Shown: positions 24,016-35,622 of the stretch, piece by piece
Layout of the letters: the number at the start of each line of letters is the position of its first letter
Position numbering within the stretch: the stretch's first letter is position 1
Assembly (NCBI RefSeq): GCF_000142905.1
Contig: NW_013657640.1
Location: 185,208 to 249,207, forward strand
DNA length: 64,000 nucleotides
Source of the DNA: Thecamonas trahens ATCC 50062
Lineage: Eukaryota; Protista; Apusomonadida
Direction of reading: 5' to 3'
The notes under the pieces: generated by a model
Databases searched by the model: none
What the model was told of the DNA's origin: nothing
Seen by the model: only the letters and a program-made list of their open reading frames with translations
Position numbers and translations under genes: made by a program

Positions 24016-24082
24016 GACGACGGATAGGGAGAGGAGGCGGTGATCAGTTGGTGATCGAAGACGGTAAACCGGGTGGCGAAAG

Positions 24083-24093
24083 AAAAAGGTCGT
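24083..24093 (+). promoter_or_regulatory. Recurrent non-coding motif AAAAAGGTCGT in the VPS13/COG8 bidirectional promoter
   Basis: Same 11-mer at 33796 (reverse), 58136 and 58334; function inferred only. Confidence 0.35.
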
Positions 24094-24188
24094 GCGAGGC
24101 GGTGATCGCGGCGGTGATCAAAAAGCCGCCCAAGGCGAGGCAACGAGGCAAGGCACACGCGACTTTGCTGTGCGCGCGGGGGAGGGGG

Positions 24189-25081
24189 ATGACGGAGCAA
24201 CTTGTGGCACGGGTGACAGGCGGGATAGAAGGAGAGGTGGGGCCAGAGCATGTGCGGTATGCTGGGTCACTGAGTGGGTACTCGCTGGGACGGCTGAGGA
24301 GCGAGCCCGCGGCGGTGCAAGGGGCGGCGGCGCGGTTGGCGGCGGCGTTGGAGGAGACAGCGCAGAAGGAGTACCCGGCGTTCGTGCATGCAGCGGCGAC
24401 AATGGGCGAGGTCCGGCATGAGTTTGAGGCGGTGTCTGAGGCGCTGGACGGGGTGGTGGCGAGGCTGCCTGCGGCTGTGGACGCCGCACACCACTTTGCT
24501 GAGGCTGGGCGGGCGGCGCTGGACGAACGGCGACGCAACGCGCTGGTCTTGGCGCAAGCGCCACAGCTTGTGGAGCTGCTGGAGGCGCCTGCACTGATGG
24601 AGTCGCTGGTGCGAGCCGAAGCGTACGACGATGCGCTTGCGCTGCGTGAGTTTGTTGTCAAGGCCGGGAAGAAGCTCGGCCACATTCCGCTGGTGGCGAG
24701 CTTGGTGGGCAAGGTGGGCCGAGCGACGGCGCTGATGGTGGGCCAGATCCGTGCCCAGTTGGAGAGCGACGTCAAGGTGCCTGCCTGCATTACCTTGGTC
24801 TCGCTCCTCCGCCGGGTCGGTCTGTTCTCGCCGCGGCAGCTGCGGGTCATGTTTCTGGCAGCACGCAACGCTTTTCTGCGTCAGCAGCTGGAGGCTGTGC
24901 CGACGTCCGAGGCCGGGCACTATGTGCTGGACATGATCAACGCGTACCGAGTGACTGCGCTGCATGTGGTGACGCAGTACTCTGCCGTCTTTGCCGACGA
25001 TCTGAACTCGGACGGCGGCGCTGCGAGGGCGGCGCTGTCGACGCCATTGGAGCTGGGCGAGGGCGAGGGCGCAGGGCCGGG
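24189..25081 (+). CDS. COG8: Conserved oligomeric Golgi complex subunit 8 (Dor1); 3' end lost in the N gap
   Basis: LVELLEAPALMESLVRAEAYDDAL; PACITLVSLLRRV...LRVMFLAARNAFL; VVTQYSAVF. Confidence 0.85.
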
Positions 25082-25548
25082 NNNNNNNNNNNNNNNNNNN
25101 NNNNNNNNNNNNNNNNNNNNNNNNNNNNNNNNNNNNNNNNNNNNNNNNNNNNNNNNNNNNNNNNNNNNNNNNNNNNNNNNNNNNNNNNNNNNNNNNNNNN
25201 NNNNNNNNNNNNNNNNNNNNNNNNNNNNNNNNNNNNNNNNNNNNNNNNNNNNNNNNNNNNNNNNNNNNNNNNNNNNNNNNNNNNNNNNNNNNNNNNNNNN
25301 NNNNNNNNNNNNNNNNNNNNNNNNNNNNNNNNNNNNNNNNNNNNNNNNNNNNNNNNNNNNNNNNNNNNNNNNNNNNNNNNNNNNNNNNNNNNNNNNNNNN
25401 NNNNNNNNNNNNNNNNNNNNNNNNNNNNNNNNNNNNNNNNNNNNNNNNNNNNNNNNNNNNNNNNNNNNNNNNNNNNNNNNNNNNNNNNNNNNNNNNNNNN
25501 NNNNNNNNNNNNNNNNNNNNNNNNNNNNNNNNNNNNNNNNNNNNNNNN
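25082..25548. other. Assembly gap (N run); further gaps at 37133-37232, 56039-56371 and 61526-61625
   Basis: Runs of N. Confidence 1.
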
Positions 25549-25710
25549 TGGGCCTGTCTGCGCTGGTGCTGGTGCTGCTGGTGCTGCTTGCTGTCTGCTG
25601 GTGCTGCTGGTGCTGCTGGTGCTGCTGGTGCGGCTTGCTGTCTACTGGTGCTGCTGGTGCTGCTGGTGCTGCTGGTGCTGCTGGTGCTGGTGCTGCTTGC
25701 TGTCTGCTGC
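25549..25710. repeat. (GCT/GGT)n low-complexity repeat, probably intronic
   Basis: gctggtgctgctggt array ending before a CAG acceptor at 25740. Confidence 0.75.
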
Positions 25711-25740
25711 GGGGTGGGGACTGGTGCTGTGGGTGGACAG

Positions 25741-27858
25741 CAATCTGGTGTCCATCAACTACGGAAACTTGTCGGTGGTGCTGGAGGCTGTGCTGAAGAC
25801 CGTCAACGAGCATGCCCAGCATCTGACTCGGCTGTCGGCTCAGCCCAAGCCGCTGCAGGCGGACGCCCTCGATCCGCTCCTGGCGCGGTTGGACGCGCTC
25901 GAGAGCGAGCGGAAGGCAGAGAAGGCCGCCGCCGCCGCCCGCGAGAAGGAGCTCAAGGATGCGGTGAGGGCCGCAGAGGCCAAGGTCGCTGCCCTCGAGG
26001 CAGTCGTCACCCCGCTTGCCGATGACGTTTCCAACGTCGTGGCCCTTGCCGCAGGCGCCATGCCCAGGTCCGAGACCGAAGACCGCCTTGCAGAGATCGG
26101 CAGCAGCCAGTCCAAGCTCGCCGATCGCCTCACCGTCCTCGCCAACAGCCTGCCGGAGACGTATGCGACAAAGGCCGAGGTGAGCGAGATGGGAGCAGCC
26201 CGCAAGAGCCCTGCGCCGGCCCGCCCAGGCAGCACCTCGACGCCGCTGGGTGCCGGCCTAGGCGCCGACAGCTCTGGCCTTGCTGTCGAGGTCGAGGGCC
26301 TTGCCTCGCGGATGGCAGACCTCGAAGGCCTTGTCGGCGGCGTCGAGGTGCCAGGCGTTCGCGACGCAGCAAACGTGCTCGAGGCCCGCGCCGATGCTGT
26401 CCACGCCGTTGTCTCGGAGCTCGAGGCCAAGATGGCCATTCTGTCCGATCAGGTAGCGGCGGCAGCAGCGGCAGCGGCGACAGGCGGATCTGGTGGTGGC
26501 TCTGGCGATGATCATGGTTCCGCTGCTGGCGGCTCCGGTGACGGCGGTGCCATGCTGGCAGGCCTCTCGTCGGACGTCTCCAAGCTCAAGATGCTGCGGC
26601 CGGAGATCGACACGCTCAAGCACTCGTTGGCCTCGCTGCGGTCGACGGTGGCGGACGCTGTCGCCCGCGAGGCCGACACCTCTGGCCTACTGGAGACCCA
26701 CGACGCGACGATCAAGAACCTCGACGCGGCTGCAGCCAAGAGCCGCGCGCGGCTGGCGGAGCTCGAGTCCGAGCTCGCCCTGGTCAAAGATGCCGCCGCG
26801 CCGGCGTCGGGCCTCGACTCGCTCAAGCAGAACATGGCGTCGCTCAAGAGCATGCTCAACGCGCTCGAGGCCGAGTCGGGCGAGGCCAAGGCCGCTGCCG
26901 CGACCAGCGAGACCGGCGCGACAGTTGGCTCAGGTGAAGCCAGAGCCAGCAGCGCTGTGGTCAAGGCTGCGCTCGACGCCCTGCGGAGCCGGGTCAGCAA
27001 GCTGGAGGCGCGAGCGGCGAGTGGAGGTGCAGCTGTCGCCACAGCATCTGGCGGTAGTGCAGGCGCCGGAGGCAGCGATGCGCTGGTGCAGTACCGGCTT
27101 GACGCGAGCCTGGAGAGTGACGACGCGGTGGTCTTCTCACCGCTCAACTCGCTGGGCGGGTCGGGCTGCTGAAGGACGATCTTGCGGCGCTGCAGGAGCC
27201 GCTGGCGGCGGCGCTGCGCGAAAAGGCTGAGCTCGGCTACGTCGACGAGGCGCTCAACGAGCTTGATGAGCGGCTGCGGTCGCTGGCCAACTTTGCGTCG
27301 GACAAGCTCGAAGCGCTCGCCAACGCGGTGCGAAGCCGGGCGTCGATTCGCGACATGCAGGAGATGGAGGAGGACTTGCTCGGCATGCTCTCGGCCTCAA
27401 CTGGTGAGGGCTCGTACACCACCGCCGGTAGGCTGCATTTCCGCTGTCTCTCGTGCAACCGGTCGACTGCCACAGTCTCAGGCCCAGCTTCATCGTTTTA
27501 CACCCGCTCGCTCACCTCGTCGGGCCGCCCGGCCACCGCTGCCGGGCCAGCCACGTCCTCCTTCGGGCGCGCCGGCTCGAGCCCGCGCAACATGCGCCCG
27601 CCGTCGGCCGCTGGGGCCACCGCCCTGTATCCCACAGGCGTCACGCCAACTGCCCTCTTCGGTGTCGACAACAGGGTGTACCACGGGCGGGTGGAGACCG
27701 ATGGCGAGGCCAGTGCCGGCGCCGGCAACTACGCCACACATCCGCGTCCGCGCTCCTCGCAGACCATGCTCAACCGCCCGCCGGCCGAGCCCGAGTACGG
27801 CGTGCCCGGGACTGGACCGGTCGACGTCGAGTACACCGATACGTACGAGATTCGGTGA
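25741..27858 (+). CDS. Coiled-coil protein with a C-terminal HFRCLSCNR motif (DUF4795/QRICH2/C16orf96-like); first exon in the gap; frameshift near 27155
   Basis: The 25601-27172 frame joins the frame ending at 27858 (GLLKDDLAAL...EMEEDLL...LHFRCLSCNR) if one G is added at 27154-27156. Confidence 0.6.
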
Positions 27859-27913
27859 GCTCGCATCTAAAGACAGGAAGGAGGAGGAGGAACAATTGTG
27901 TGTGTCATGGAGC

Positions 27914-30900
27914 TCACGAGACATGGATCTCAAAGATGAGGCTGAGATTGCCGGCAAGGGCAGCCTGGACAAAGGTCTCAACGTCGACGCCCTGAGTGCC
28001 TGCGCCGCCGAGGTTGTCAAAGGTGGTGCGGACAAGCTGGTCGATGGTGGTGGCAGAGATCTGGTCACCGCGGGCCTGGACTGAGGCCTGCATGGCGGCG
28101 GCCATTTCGTCACGGGTGAGGATGCCATTGCCGTCGGTATCGTAGGCGGCAAAGAGCAAGCGCATTCGCTCCTCGTCGGTCCCACGCTGGAGGGTGGAGA
28201 GGCCGGCAACGTACTCGCGAAAGTCGAGCGAGCCGTTGCGGTCCGAATCAAAGGCGACAAAGTTGCGATGGATGGTCTCGTCGTCTGTGCAGCCGAGCAT
28301 GCGCAGGCCGTGGGCAAACTGCTCCTCGTCCAGCAAGTCGCCGGTGGCGATGGCCTTCCACTGCTCGTACAGGGTCTCAAGCTCGTCCGAGCCAAAGTGG
28401 GTGACGGTGGCCAGCTCACTGAGCAGGACTGACTTGTCGGCGACAACCGGCGAGGAGAGGGCGACGCCGCCGGAGAAAAGGCAAAGGCGCCGACGTCGAG
28501 GCCAGGGAGCATGGGCCCGTTCGAAGCCATGTCCATGGCGTTCTTGCGGTCAAAGAGGATCGAGGTCTGCAGGCCGAGCGCTGGTGTGACGTCGTCCTTG
28601 TCGCGGACAACGTGGAGCTGGACGCGGAGACCGTAAAAGTGGCCGACGGCTCGCTCAAACGCGGCCTGCGAGTCGACCATGACCACGCCGTGTGAGGCTT
28701 CCATCCGCTCCCGGGCCTCAGCCTCCACAGCTGCTGCGGCTGCCTCGCCATCGCCGCGGGCCTTGAGTTCCTCATCGACATAGTACATCACAAGCTTGCC
28801 AAAGTACTCCACCTGCTTCTGGACAGCGACGACTAGGTCGTGGTACTTGACGCTGCGGAGCTCGAAGAAGATGGGCGCTTTGGGCCATTCGGGGTCCTCC
28901 AGAGTGGCCTTGATGGGCAAGGCACGGCCGGCCGACGGACCGACGCGGGCCGACGGCGTGTCTGCTGCCGACGGCACGCCGATGCTCAGCAGGCCCGAGT
29001 CGAAGAACTTGTCCATGAGGGTGCGGATGTAGGTGGCGCGGTGGCGAGCCTGTTTCCCGCGCATGGCCTCAAAGACCGAGCGGAGCTTGAGAAGCACCCC
29101 GTGGATGCGGGCCTCGGCCGACGGCTTGCCAGGCTCCTGGAAACGCCATGCTCCGAGGACCTCGGTCGGAACGGCGGTCATCTCCTCGAGGAGCTGGCCA
29201 AAGATGCCGAGCTCGTCGAGCGAGAAGCGGGCGACATAGGGGTTGACATCGGACAAGGCGTCGGCCTCGATGTCGCCGGCGTTGAGGATGTTCTTGATCG
29301 ACTTGAGGACTACTGAGAGGGTGCCAAACTTGAGGACCGGGAGCGTATACTCGTACATCTGAGTGAGGACATCGTCATCCTCAAAGTGGAACAGCTTGAG
29401 GCACTCGCAGAGGACCGAGACCATGCCCAGATCCTCGACGAGGTACTTGACCTGCGACGCCGTCCCTCTGGTCCCGTACTGCAAGACGCGCAGGGCCTTG
29501 ACTCGAGTGACCGGGTCGGAGGCGACAAGCTCAGTAAGGGCGACAAACGAGCGGGCCTCGATGAGCGGCTGAACCTGACCCTTCATGCCCGCGAGGACAC
29601 CTGCGAGGTGGACGGCAAGCAGCCGGGTTGCGCCGTCGGCAAACGGGAGGACAGCGGTGAGGGCGTCGACAAGGTTGAGGCTGAGCAGGATGGCAGCGAG
29701 GCTGTCGTCGGTGAGGATGTGGACAAGGGCCGAGAGGACCGAGACGCGAGCAGCAGCGTGCTCCGAAGTGACGAGGGCGACCAGGGCAAGCAGGAGCTCC
29801 TGGGAGGCGTGCTCGACGGCAATGCCCGGAAGAAGGTGGGCAAGGGCGGCGAGAGCGTGATGGAGGACGACCGGGTCAAAGATCGACTTGCCGAAAGCGA
29901 GGACAAGCGATGTTGAGAGCGGGAGCGCAGGGCTGATCCGCTCCCACGGTGCCGACTCTCCCGTTGTCGCGCCGCAGAACAGCGAGAGGACCCAGACTGC
30001 ACGGCGAAGAAAGACGACACTCGGCGAGCTCAGCGTAGTCGAGAGCGTGGAGTCGACGAGCGAGCGGGTGAGGTTGACGACGGCGACGTCGATGCCGGCC
30101 TCGACCAGAGCCGACCGCATCTCGGGCGTCTTGTAGAGGCAGGCACCAATGGCAAGGAGAGCAGCCGAGGTAACCGCCATGTTGTTCGAGTCGAGGCCAA
30201 CGCGCATGGCCCTGGCGCCGCCGAGGCTCTTGATCAGCTCCTTGTAGTAGAGCGAGGTCTCGTGCATGGCGTGCGAGTCGGGAAGGGCGCCGATGCACGG
30301 CCCGCGGGCGAGGAGGCCAAGGCAGAGCAGAGCCTTCTCCTGCAGCTTTTCGTGGTCGGCGAGGCCGGCGTAGATGACAAGGCGCGGCAGAGCGGTCTCG
30401 ATTGCGGAGAATAGGCCGATAAGGCCATCACCGATCTCGCGGCGCTCCATCGGGGTGCGGAAGATGACAAGGCCGCGGAGGAGGTAGTAAACCGTGCGAG
30501 TCGGTATGTACGCCTCTTCGGCGTCGGCAGCGTCCCGCACGGCGGCCATGAGCTGGCCAAAGTCGCCCTCGCCGAGGTGGTCGATGTACTCATCCTTGTC
30601 GTAGCGAGAGAAGCGCTGCAGCGAGAGATTCGGCAGCGGGAGGGTCTCAAACTGGGCGTACTTGGAGTGGTCGACAGGAAAGTCCGCCAGAGCGATTTCG
30701 GCCGCCTCGAGCGGGCCTGGGCCGAGCTCAGGCTCGGCCGGCCACATGCCTTCGCCAGACTGGAACTGATTGAACCAAGCCTGAATGGCGGTGTGGATCT
30801 TGGCACGGCCGCTGTCGAGGTTCTTCTCGGAGACAAGCGCGAAGCGGTCCTTGTCGGAGAGCAGCCAGTCCTCCATGGCGCGGCGAAAGTCGAGCCAAGA

Positions 30901-31535
30901 GGCCGAGCGGCGCGAGGCAACCTTTTGGCGCGCATGGCCGCAGCAAGCGCTGATGCTGGCTTGGGCGACGAAGCGCCGGCAGAGAGCGACATGGACATCG
31001 GCCCAGCCAGCGGGTCATCGTCGTCCTCCTCGACAGCGTCATCGCCACCTGAGGCCATTTGGCCGGTCATGACACGCATCAGAGCCTCGACCTCGTCGTT
31101 AGAGCGGTGGATCTCCGGCATGTTCTTAGCCAGAAACGCTGCAAGCTCTGAGGTGGATACGGTGGACGAGCCGTTCGAGTCCATCATCGAGAACACGGCC
31201 TGGACCTCTGCCACCTGTTCATCGGAGAGGAAAGAAGCCTGGAGAGAGCAAGGCGGACGGGATGGAGATGGGGGGAGATGGGGGTGGTGATGTTGAGGTC
31301 CGTGGTGATGTTCGTGGTGATGTTCGTGGTAATGTCCGTGGTAACGTCCACCACGCCATGTTGTCCGTGGTGTTGTCCGTGGTCGCGTTCCCGCCCATGT
31401 CGCATTGTCGCCATGATGACCCCGCCCCCGCCCCGGCCACACGCAAACCGCCCACAACCCGTATTCCATGAGTCCACAACCTCTCCCTCCTCCCTCCTCT
31501 TCCACGTCCCTCCACAACACATATGCACATACCAT
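27914..31535 (-). CDS. Multidomain protein: calmodulin-like EF lobe, importin-alpha-like ARM repeats, PB1-like domain, NCS/calcineurin-B-like EF-hand domain (ATG-only exon 31533-31535; frameshifts near 30925 and 28477)
   Basis: MASFLSDEQVAEVQAVFSMMDSNGSSTVSTSEL; ARM motifs RRAVWVLSLFCG, GTASQVKYLV, SIKNILNAGD; PB1-like IKA...YYVDEE; THFGSDELETLYEQW, FDSDRNGSLDFREY, YDTDGNGILTRDEM. Confidence 0.75.
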
Positions 31536-31940
31536 AACGCAGGCTGTACTCTTCAAGTCAAGTGCCCAGGCCCTGTCCCCCTCCCCCCTCCCCTGGCCGC
31601 TCCCCGACTCTCTCCGTCTGTGCCTTCCCGCCGAACGAGGAGCACTCAAGGCCTCGCTGCCACATCCACCACCACCGCCAGCCACCGGCTACCTTGGCAC
31701 ACAGTCGCATCACCCGGTCTAAACCCATCCCTCCCCTCCCCCCTCGTATGCGTATGTATGTATGTGAGATCCACTGAGCGCAGGTGAGTGGCCAAGAAGG
31801 GGGTTATTGTGGTGCCGTGATCGGGCCCATGGCATTGGTTGTGGGCAACGTCGGTATCGGCATCATGGTGGTAGATGTGTTGCGGGTGATTGAATCGACT
31901 TGAGAGAGGGAGGAGTGGATGGGGCGAGCCACAGATGCAG

Positions 31941-32759
31941 TCATAGATCGTCCTTGATGGTCTCGAGGGCGGCCTCGATGGTGGCAGCCTGTTCACGGAG
32001 AACAGTCTCGTCCGCCAAATGGTCGGCGAGTGCATCGTGGACGTCATCAGCGGAGTCCAAATGACGGTGCACAACGCCAAGGGCGTCCATGACTGCGCGG
32101 GCGCGGCGCAGGCGCAGCTCGGGCGAGTCTTCCTTGGCCGAGGCCGCTCCCGAGGCTGCAGCCGCCAGCTTTCGATCCAGCTCGGCGCGCATGGCATCGA
32201 CAGCCTCGATGGCCTTGGCATTGTCGCCATGAGCCAAATGCGGTCGGATGCCGTTGCGGCTGGTGAGAGCGCGTCGGGCGGCAGCCACGTCCCGGGCAAG
32301 CGTCTGCAGGCGGTCAACGCCATGAGCTAGCAGCACCGCTCTTGTTTCCTGTGGATGATCGTCCAGCGGCTTGCGAGCGCCATCTTCGGCAAGAGCCTCC
32401 GAAAGGCAGAGATGATGATCGAGGCAAAAGGCGGCAGCATGGGCAGCAGCATCATCGGCAGCGATGGCTGCAGCATGCGGAGCGTGACGGGCGAGCCAGT
32501 CGAGGCAGTCATCGCCATGGTTTTCCAGCAGCATGTGACAAAGGGCATGCATGGTCGATGGCACAGCCTCACACACAGCCTCCATGGCCACCGATGCTGT
32601 GGGCCAGGTCGTGGCCAGAGCCGAGATGGTGGTCAGACACGTGTCGCACACCAGCAGCGACGGAGCTGCCGTCACCGACTTTGCCCACGTTGTCGCAGAG
32701 AGGAGAAGGACCAAGACCACAAGGAGAAAGACGACGGGAGTGGGGGTGGAGGAGACCAT
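31941..32759 (-). CDS. Secretory saposin-B-like protein with a helical C-terminal domain and KDDL ER-retention signal
   Basis: Signal peptide VVFLLVVLVLLL; CDTC...C...C...FCLDHHLC saposin cysteine pattern; ends KDDL-stop. Confidence 0.7.
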   Translation of the reverse strand: MVSSTPTPVVFLLVVLVLLLSATTWAKSVTAAPSLLVCDTCLTTISALATTWPTASVAMEAVCEAVPSTMHALCHMLLENHGDDCLDWLARHAPHAAAIAADDAAAHAAAFCLDHHLCLSEALAEDGARKPLDDHPQETRAVLLAHGVDRLQTLARDVAAARRALTSRNGIRPHLAHGDNAKAIEAVDAMRAELDRKLAAAASGAASAKEDSPELRLRRARAVMDALGVVHRHLDSADDVHDALADHLADETVLREQAATIEAALETIKDDL

Positions 32760-32842
32760 GGCGAGTAGAAGAGGGAGAGGTGTGGTGTGGCTACGGCGGG
32801 GGGCGGGGTGACGTCTGCCTGTGGTGTGTTCAACCGAGTCAC

Positions 32843-32918
32843 GGCTGCAGGAACGGTGTCTGGCGGGCTGCAGGAACGGTGTCTGGAGGGCTGCAGGAAC
32901 GGTGTCTGGCGGGCTGCA
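32843..32918. repeat. 23-bp tandem repeat GGCTGCAGGAACGGTGTCTGGCG x3
   Basis: Seen directly. Confidence 0.9.
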
Positions 32919-33121
32919 TCAATGATCGGCTCCGAGAGAATACTTGGCCATGGTTGCGGGCGTGATGATGAAGTGAGGTGTGATGCAGGCCGGCGTGGCG
33001 TGGCGTGGTGTGGCGTGGAGGTGGGATGGGGCGGGGGGGGCCAGCCGGCGGTCTCGACTCATGCGTGCGGGCGGAGGACGAGAGATGGAAAGAGGGAGAG
33101 GGAGGAGAGGGAGTCGGGGGG

Positions 33122-33667
33122 CTACTCGATGACCTTCCCCACGATGTGGTACTTGTCGGTGAAGAGGTTGTACCACTGATCGAGGGTATCACGCTCGGAC
33201 ATGGAGAGAGTGGACAGATCGCCGGTGACCTCGTCCAGCGAGGTCTTAGCCAAACCATACGATGCGTCCTTGCCGGCAAAGACATTGTAGCCAGCGCCCG
33301 GCCCATAGAACTCTGGCTTGGAGGTGACGTCAAAGATGGTGCCCTTGGCGGCGAGGTAGACCCGGTTGAGGACCTCGGCATGGGTCCCGTCGTACAGCGC
33401 CAGCTCCTCCAGCGTCATGTCCTTGGTCTCGTGCGGAGGTAGCGGCGGCCCGTCGTCCTTCTTTTCCTCCTCCTTTGCCCCACCCGAACCGCCATCCGTC
33501 GTCGCTCCTTGTCCGTCTCCACGCGCCGAGAACACGGCACGGGTCGCAAGGTAGGCGGCGCTCCCGGCCACGGCCCAGAACACCACCGTCCCGGCTGTAG
33601 ACGTCCCCACCACAGGTGCAGCCCAAGTGCGGAGCTGTGAAAGCATGCGTTCGATCTCACCAAGCAT
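33122..33667 (-). CDS. Membrane-associated progesterone receptor family (PGRMC/Dap1) cytochrome b5-like protein
   Basis: N-terminal TM helix; MTLEELALYDG, VYLAAKGTIFDVT, FYGPGAGYNVFAGKDAS, KYHIVG. Confidence 0.92.
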   Translation of the reverse strand: MLGEIERMLSQLRTWAAPVVGTSTAGTVVFWAVAGSAAYLATRAVFSARGDGQGATTDGGSGGAKEEEKKDDGPPLPPHETKDMTLEELALYDGTHAEVLNRVYLAAKGTIFDVTSKPEFYGPGAGYNVFAGKDASYGLAKTSLDEVTGDLSTLSMSERDTLDQWYNLFTDKYHIVGKVIE

Positions 33668-33786
33668 GTTATGAGAGGGATGGCGTACGCGTGGGCGTGG
33701 GGGGGAGGGGGGGAGGAGGAGGGAAGTCGCGGCGTGGGGCGGAGGGGGGCGAAGGGGGCGGAGGGAGGGAGGGGGGGGGGGGGGGG

Positions 33787-33806
33787 GGCGAAACTACGAC
33801 CTTTTT
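33787..33806 (-). promoter_or_regulatory. Motif AAAAAGGTCGTAGTTTCGCC upstream of the MAPR gene
   Basis: Reverse complement of ggcgaaactacgaccttttt; 19/20 identical to the copy at 58136. Confidence 0.4.
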
Positions 33807-34169
33807 GGGACAAGGCCTTTTTCCCCCCCCCGTCAGCAGGCATGTTTGATTCGGATAGAGGGCGATGGAGGGCAGTGTGGGGTGAGAAAGGGGAAGGAGC
33901 GGAGGAGATGAGGGAGAGGATGTGGTAGAGGGGAGAGAGAGGGGGGAGGGAAGGGCAAGGAGGGGGCTTGCTGGAGCTGGTTCGGATTCGCATCGGAAGT
34001 GGCGAAGAAGGGCGTGATCATTAATTTTCGAGGATGCGAGCGCCCAGAAGCAGACGTAGAGGACAGTGGGGAATCAGGGGACATCTCGCTTGCCGCACGT
34101 CTCCACTACGCAAATGTGATGACGAGCAGCAGCAGTTGCGCTTGAAATGGCTGCAACTGCAGCTGGAGA

Positions 34170-35378
34170 TCAGGCGGATGTTGTGGCGGCGATCATGTCG
34201 CTGGCACAAGTGGCGACAAAGCCCCACAGGCGCGACGAGGCGACCATGGCGTAGTGGTGGACGTGCGGGAGCTCAAGGGTGGCGATCGAGGCCGCGGGGC
34301 GCACAGGGTACTGTGCCGAATCAGCGGTGACAACGGTGTCGATCGATGACGAGAGCGAAGCAGTAGCAATTGAGGTCGAGGCGGCGGCGGCGGCAAGGGA
34401 CTGCAGCCGAGGCGACGCTGGGCGGAGATCGCGGAGAAGCGGTGCTGCCGGCGAGATGCCGGTGAGGATGCGGACGAGGAGCGGCGAGGAGGCAGCGAGT
34501 ACGCGGAGGAGGCGCGAGCCAAGGAGCGGCGAGGAGAGGGTGATGACGCCGGCGACTTGCGGGAGGAGCGCAGGCTTGCCGGGAGAGGAGAGGGCGCAGG
34601 AGAGGGAGACGATGCCGCCAAGCGAGTGACCAACAAGGACCACCTTATCGACGCCGTCAGCGGCGAGATGCTCGAGGTGGGTGCGGAGGCGAGCCACGTA
34701 CAGGTCGAGAGTGTCGCTCTCCTGAGGCATGACATTGATGCCCGAATCACGGTGGTAAGAGAGTGTGGAGAGGCGGAAGCGCGGGGCGAGGAGGATGCGG
34801 CCGAGCATCCACTGGGCGTCGTTGGAGCCGAGGCCATGGACAAGGACGACCGCGGTCGAGGGCGCGGGGCCGGGCGCTGGGCGTGGCGCCAGCTCGTCCC
34901 AGCTGACGTGCAAGACGCGGAGAGCGAGAGCGTGCCATGCCATGAGTCCGGCGACCAGCGGAAGAAGCGTGAGCTCAGCGATGATGGCCAGCGGGATGTT
35001 GATGGCCCGGGCAGAGACGAGCGGGAGCGAAGCCATGGCCGATGGATCAGGCTGCGGGAGGAGCGCAGAGAGCCACGCTGGCGCCAGAGCAGCAGCAACC
35101 AGAGCGCTCGCCAGCCCGAGTCCATGGATCGTGGTGTACAAGACAGCAGCGAGACTGAAGCCGTGGAAGATGGTGACGGCGGCGATCGGGCCGGCGACGA
35201 GGACGATGATGGGCGAGATGATGCGCGGCGCGAGTATCCACCATGCGGTGATGAGCGCAGCGGGGAGATACGTGGAATGGCTTGCGTAGGCAGCGGCGTA
35301 GGTGGCGACTGCGGCGAGGACGAGCACGATCGGACCCTTCGACGACATGGTGCAGCCGAGAGGAGTCTTGTCTGCCAC
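34170..35378 (-). CDS. Membrane-anchored alpha/beta hydrolase (lipase-like); start at 35378 or 35348
   Basis: Several N-terminal TM segments; VVLVHGLG oxyanion motif, LVGHSLGG nucleophile elbow, ITLSSPLLGS, DTVV, HHY. Confidence 0.8.
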   Translation of the reverse strand: MADKTPLGCTMSSKGPIVLVLAAVATYAAAYASHSTYLPAALITAWWILAPRIISPIIVLVAGPIAAVTIFHGFSLAAVLYTTIHGLGLASALVAAALAPAWLSALLPQPDPSAMASLPLVSARAINIPLAIIAELTLLPLVAGLMAWHALALRVLHVSWDELAPRPAPGPAPSTAVVLVHGLGSNDAQWMLGRILLAPRFRLSTLSYHRDSGINVMPQESDTLDLYVARLRTHLEHLAADGVDKVVLVGHSLGGIVSLSCALSSPGKPALLPQVAGVITLSSPLLGSRLLRVLAASSPLLVRILTGISPAAPLLRDLRPASPRLQSLAAAAASTSIATASLSSSIDTVVTADSAQYPVRPAASIATLELPHVHHYAMVASSRLWGFVATCASDMIAATTSA

Positions 35379-35622
35379 GATGGTGATGGTGATGACAGGG
35401 CATAGCGATCTTGCTGTGCGGGTACGCGCTGACGTCAGCTATGATGTGGCGGTCTGATTGCCACCTGTGGATCAGCACAGGTCGAGGTGTCGGTCGGGGC
35501 GGCCGGCTCCGGGCTGCTGGATGCGGCCGAAAGTGCGCGACGGAGGGTGTGGGTGGCAGCACTGCACTCGACGGCGAGCAGGACGGGTTTAGGGCTGGCT
35601 AGTGCTGCAGAGGGGAGGGGGC

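Noticed and set aside
24048-25822. ORFs reading through N runs, e.g. COG8 fused to downstream sequence
   Set aside because: Artefacts of translating gaps
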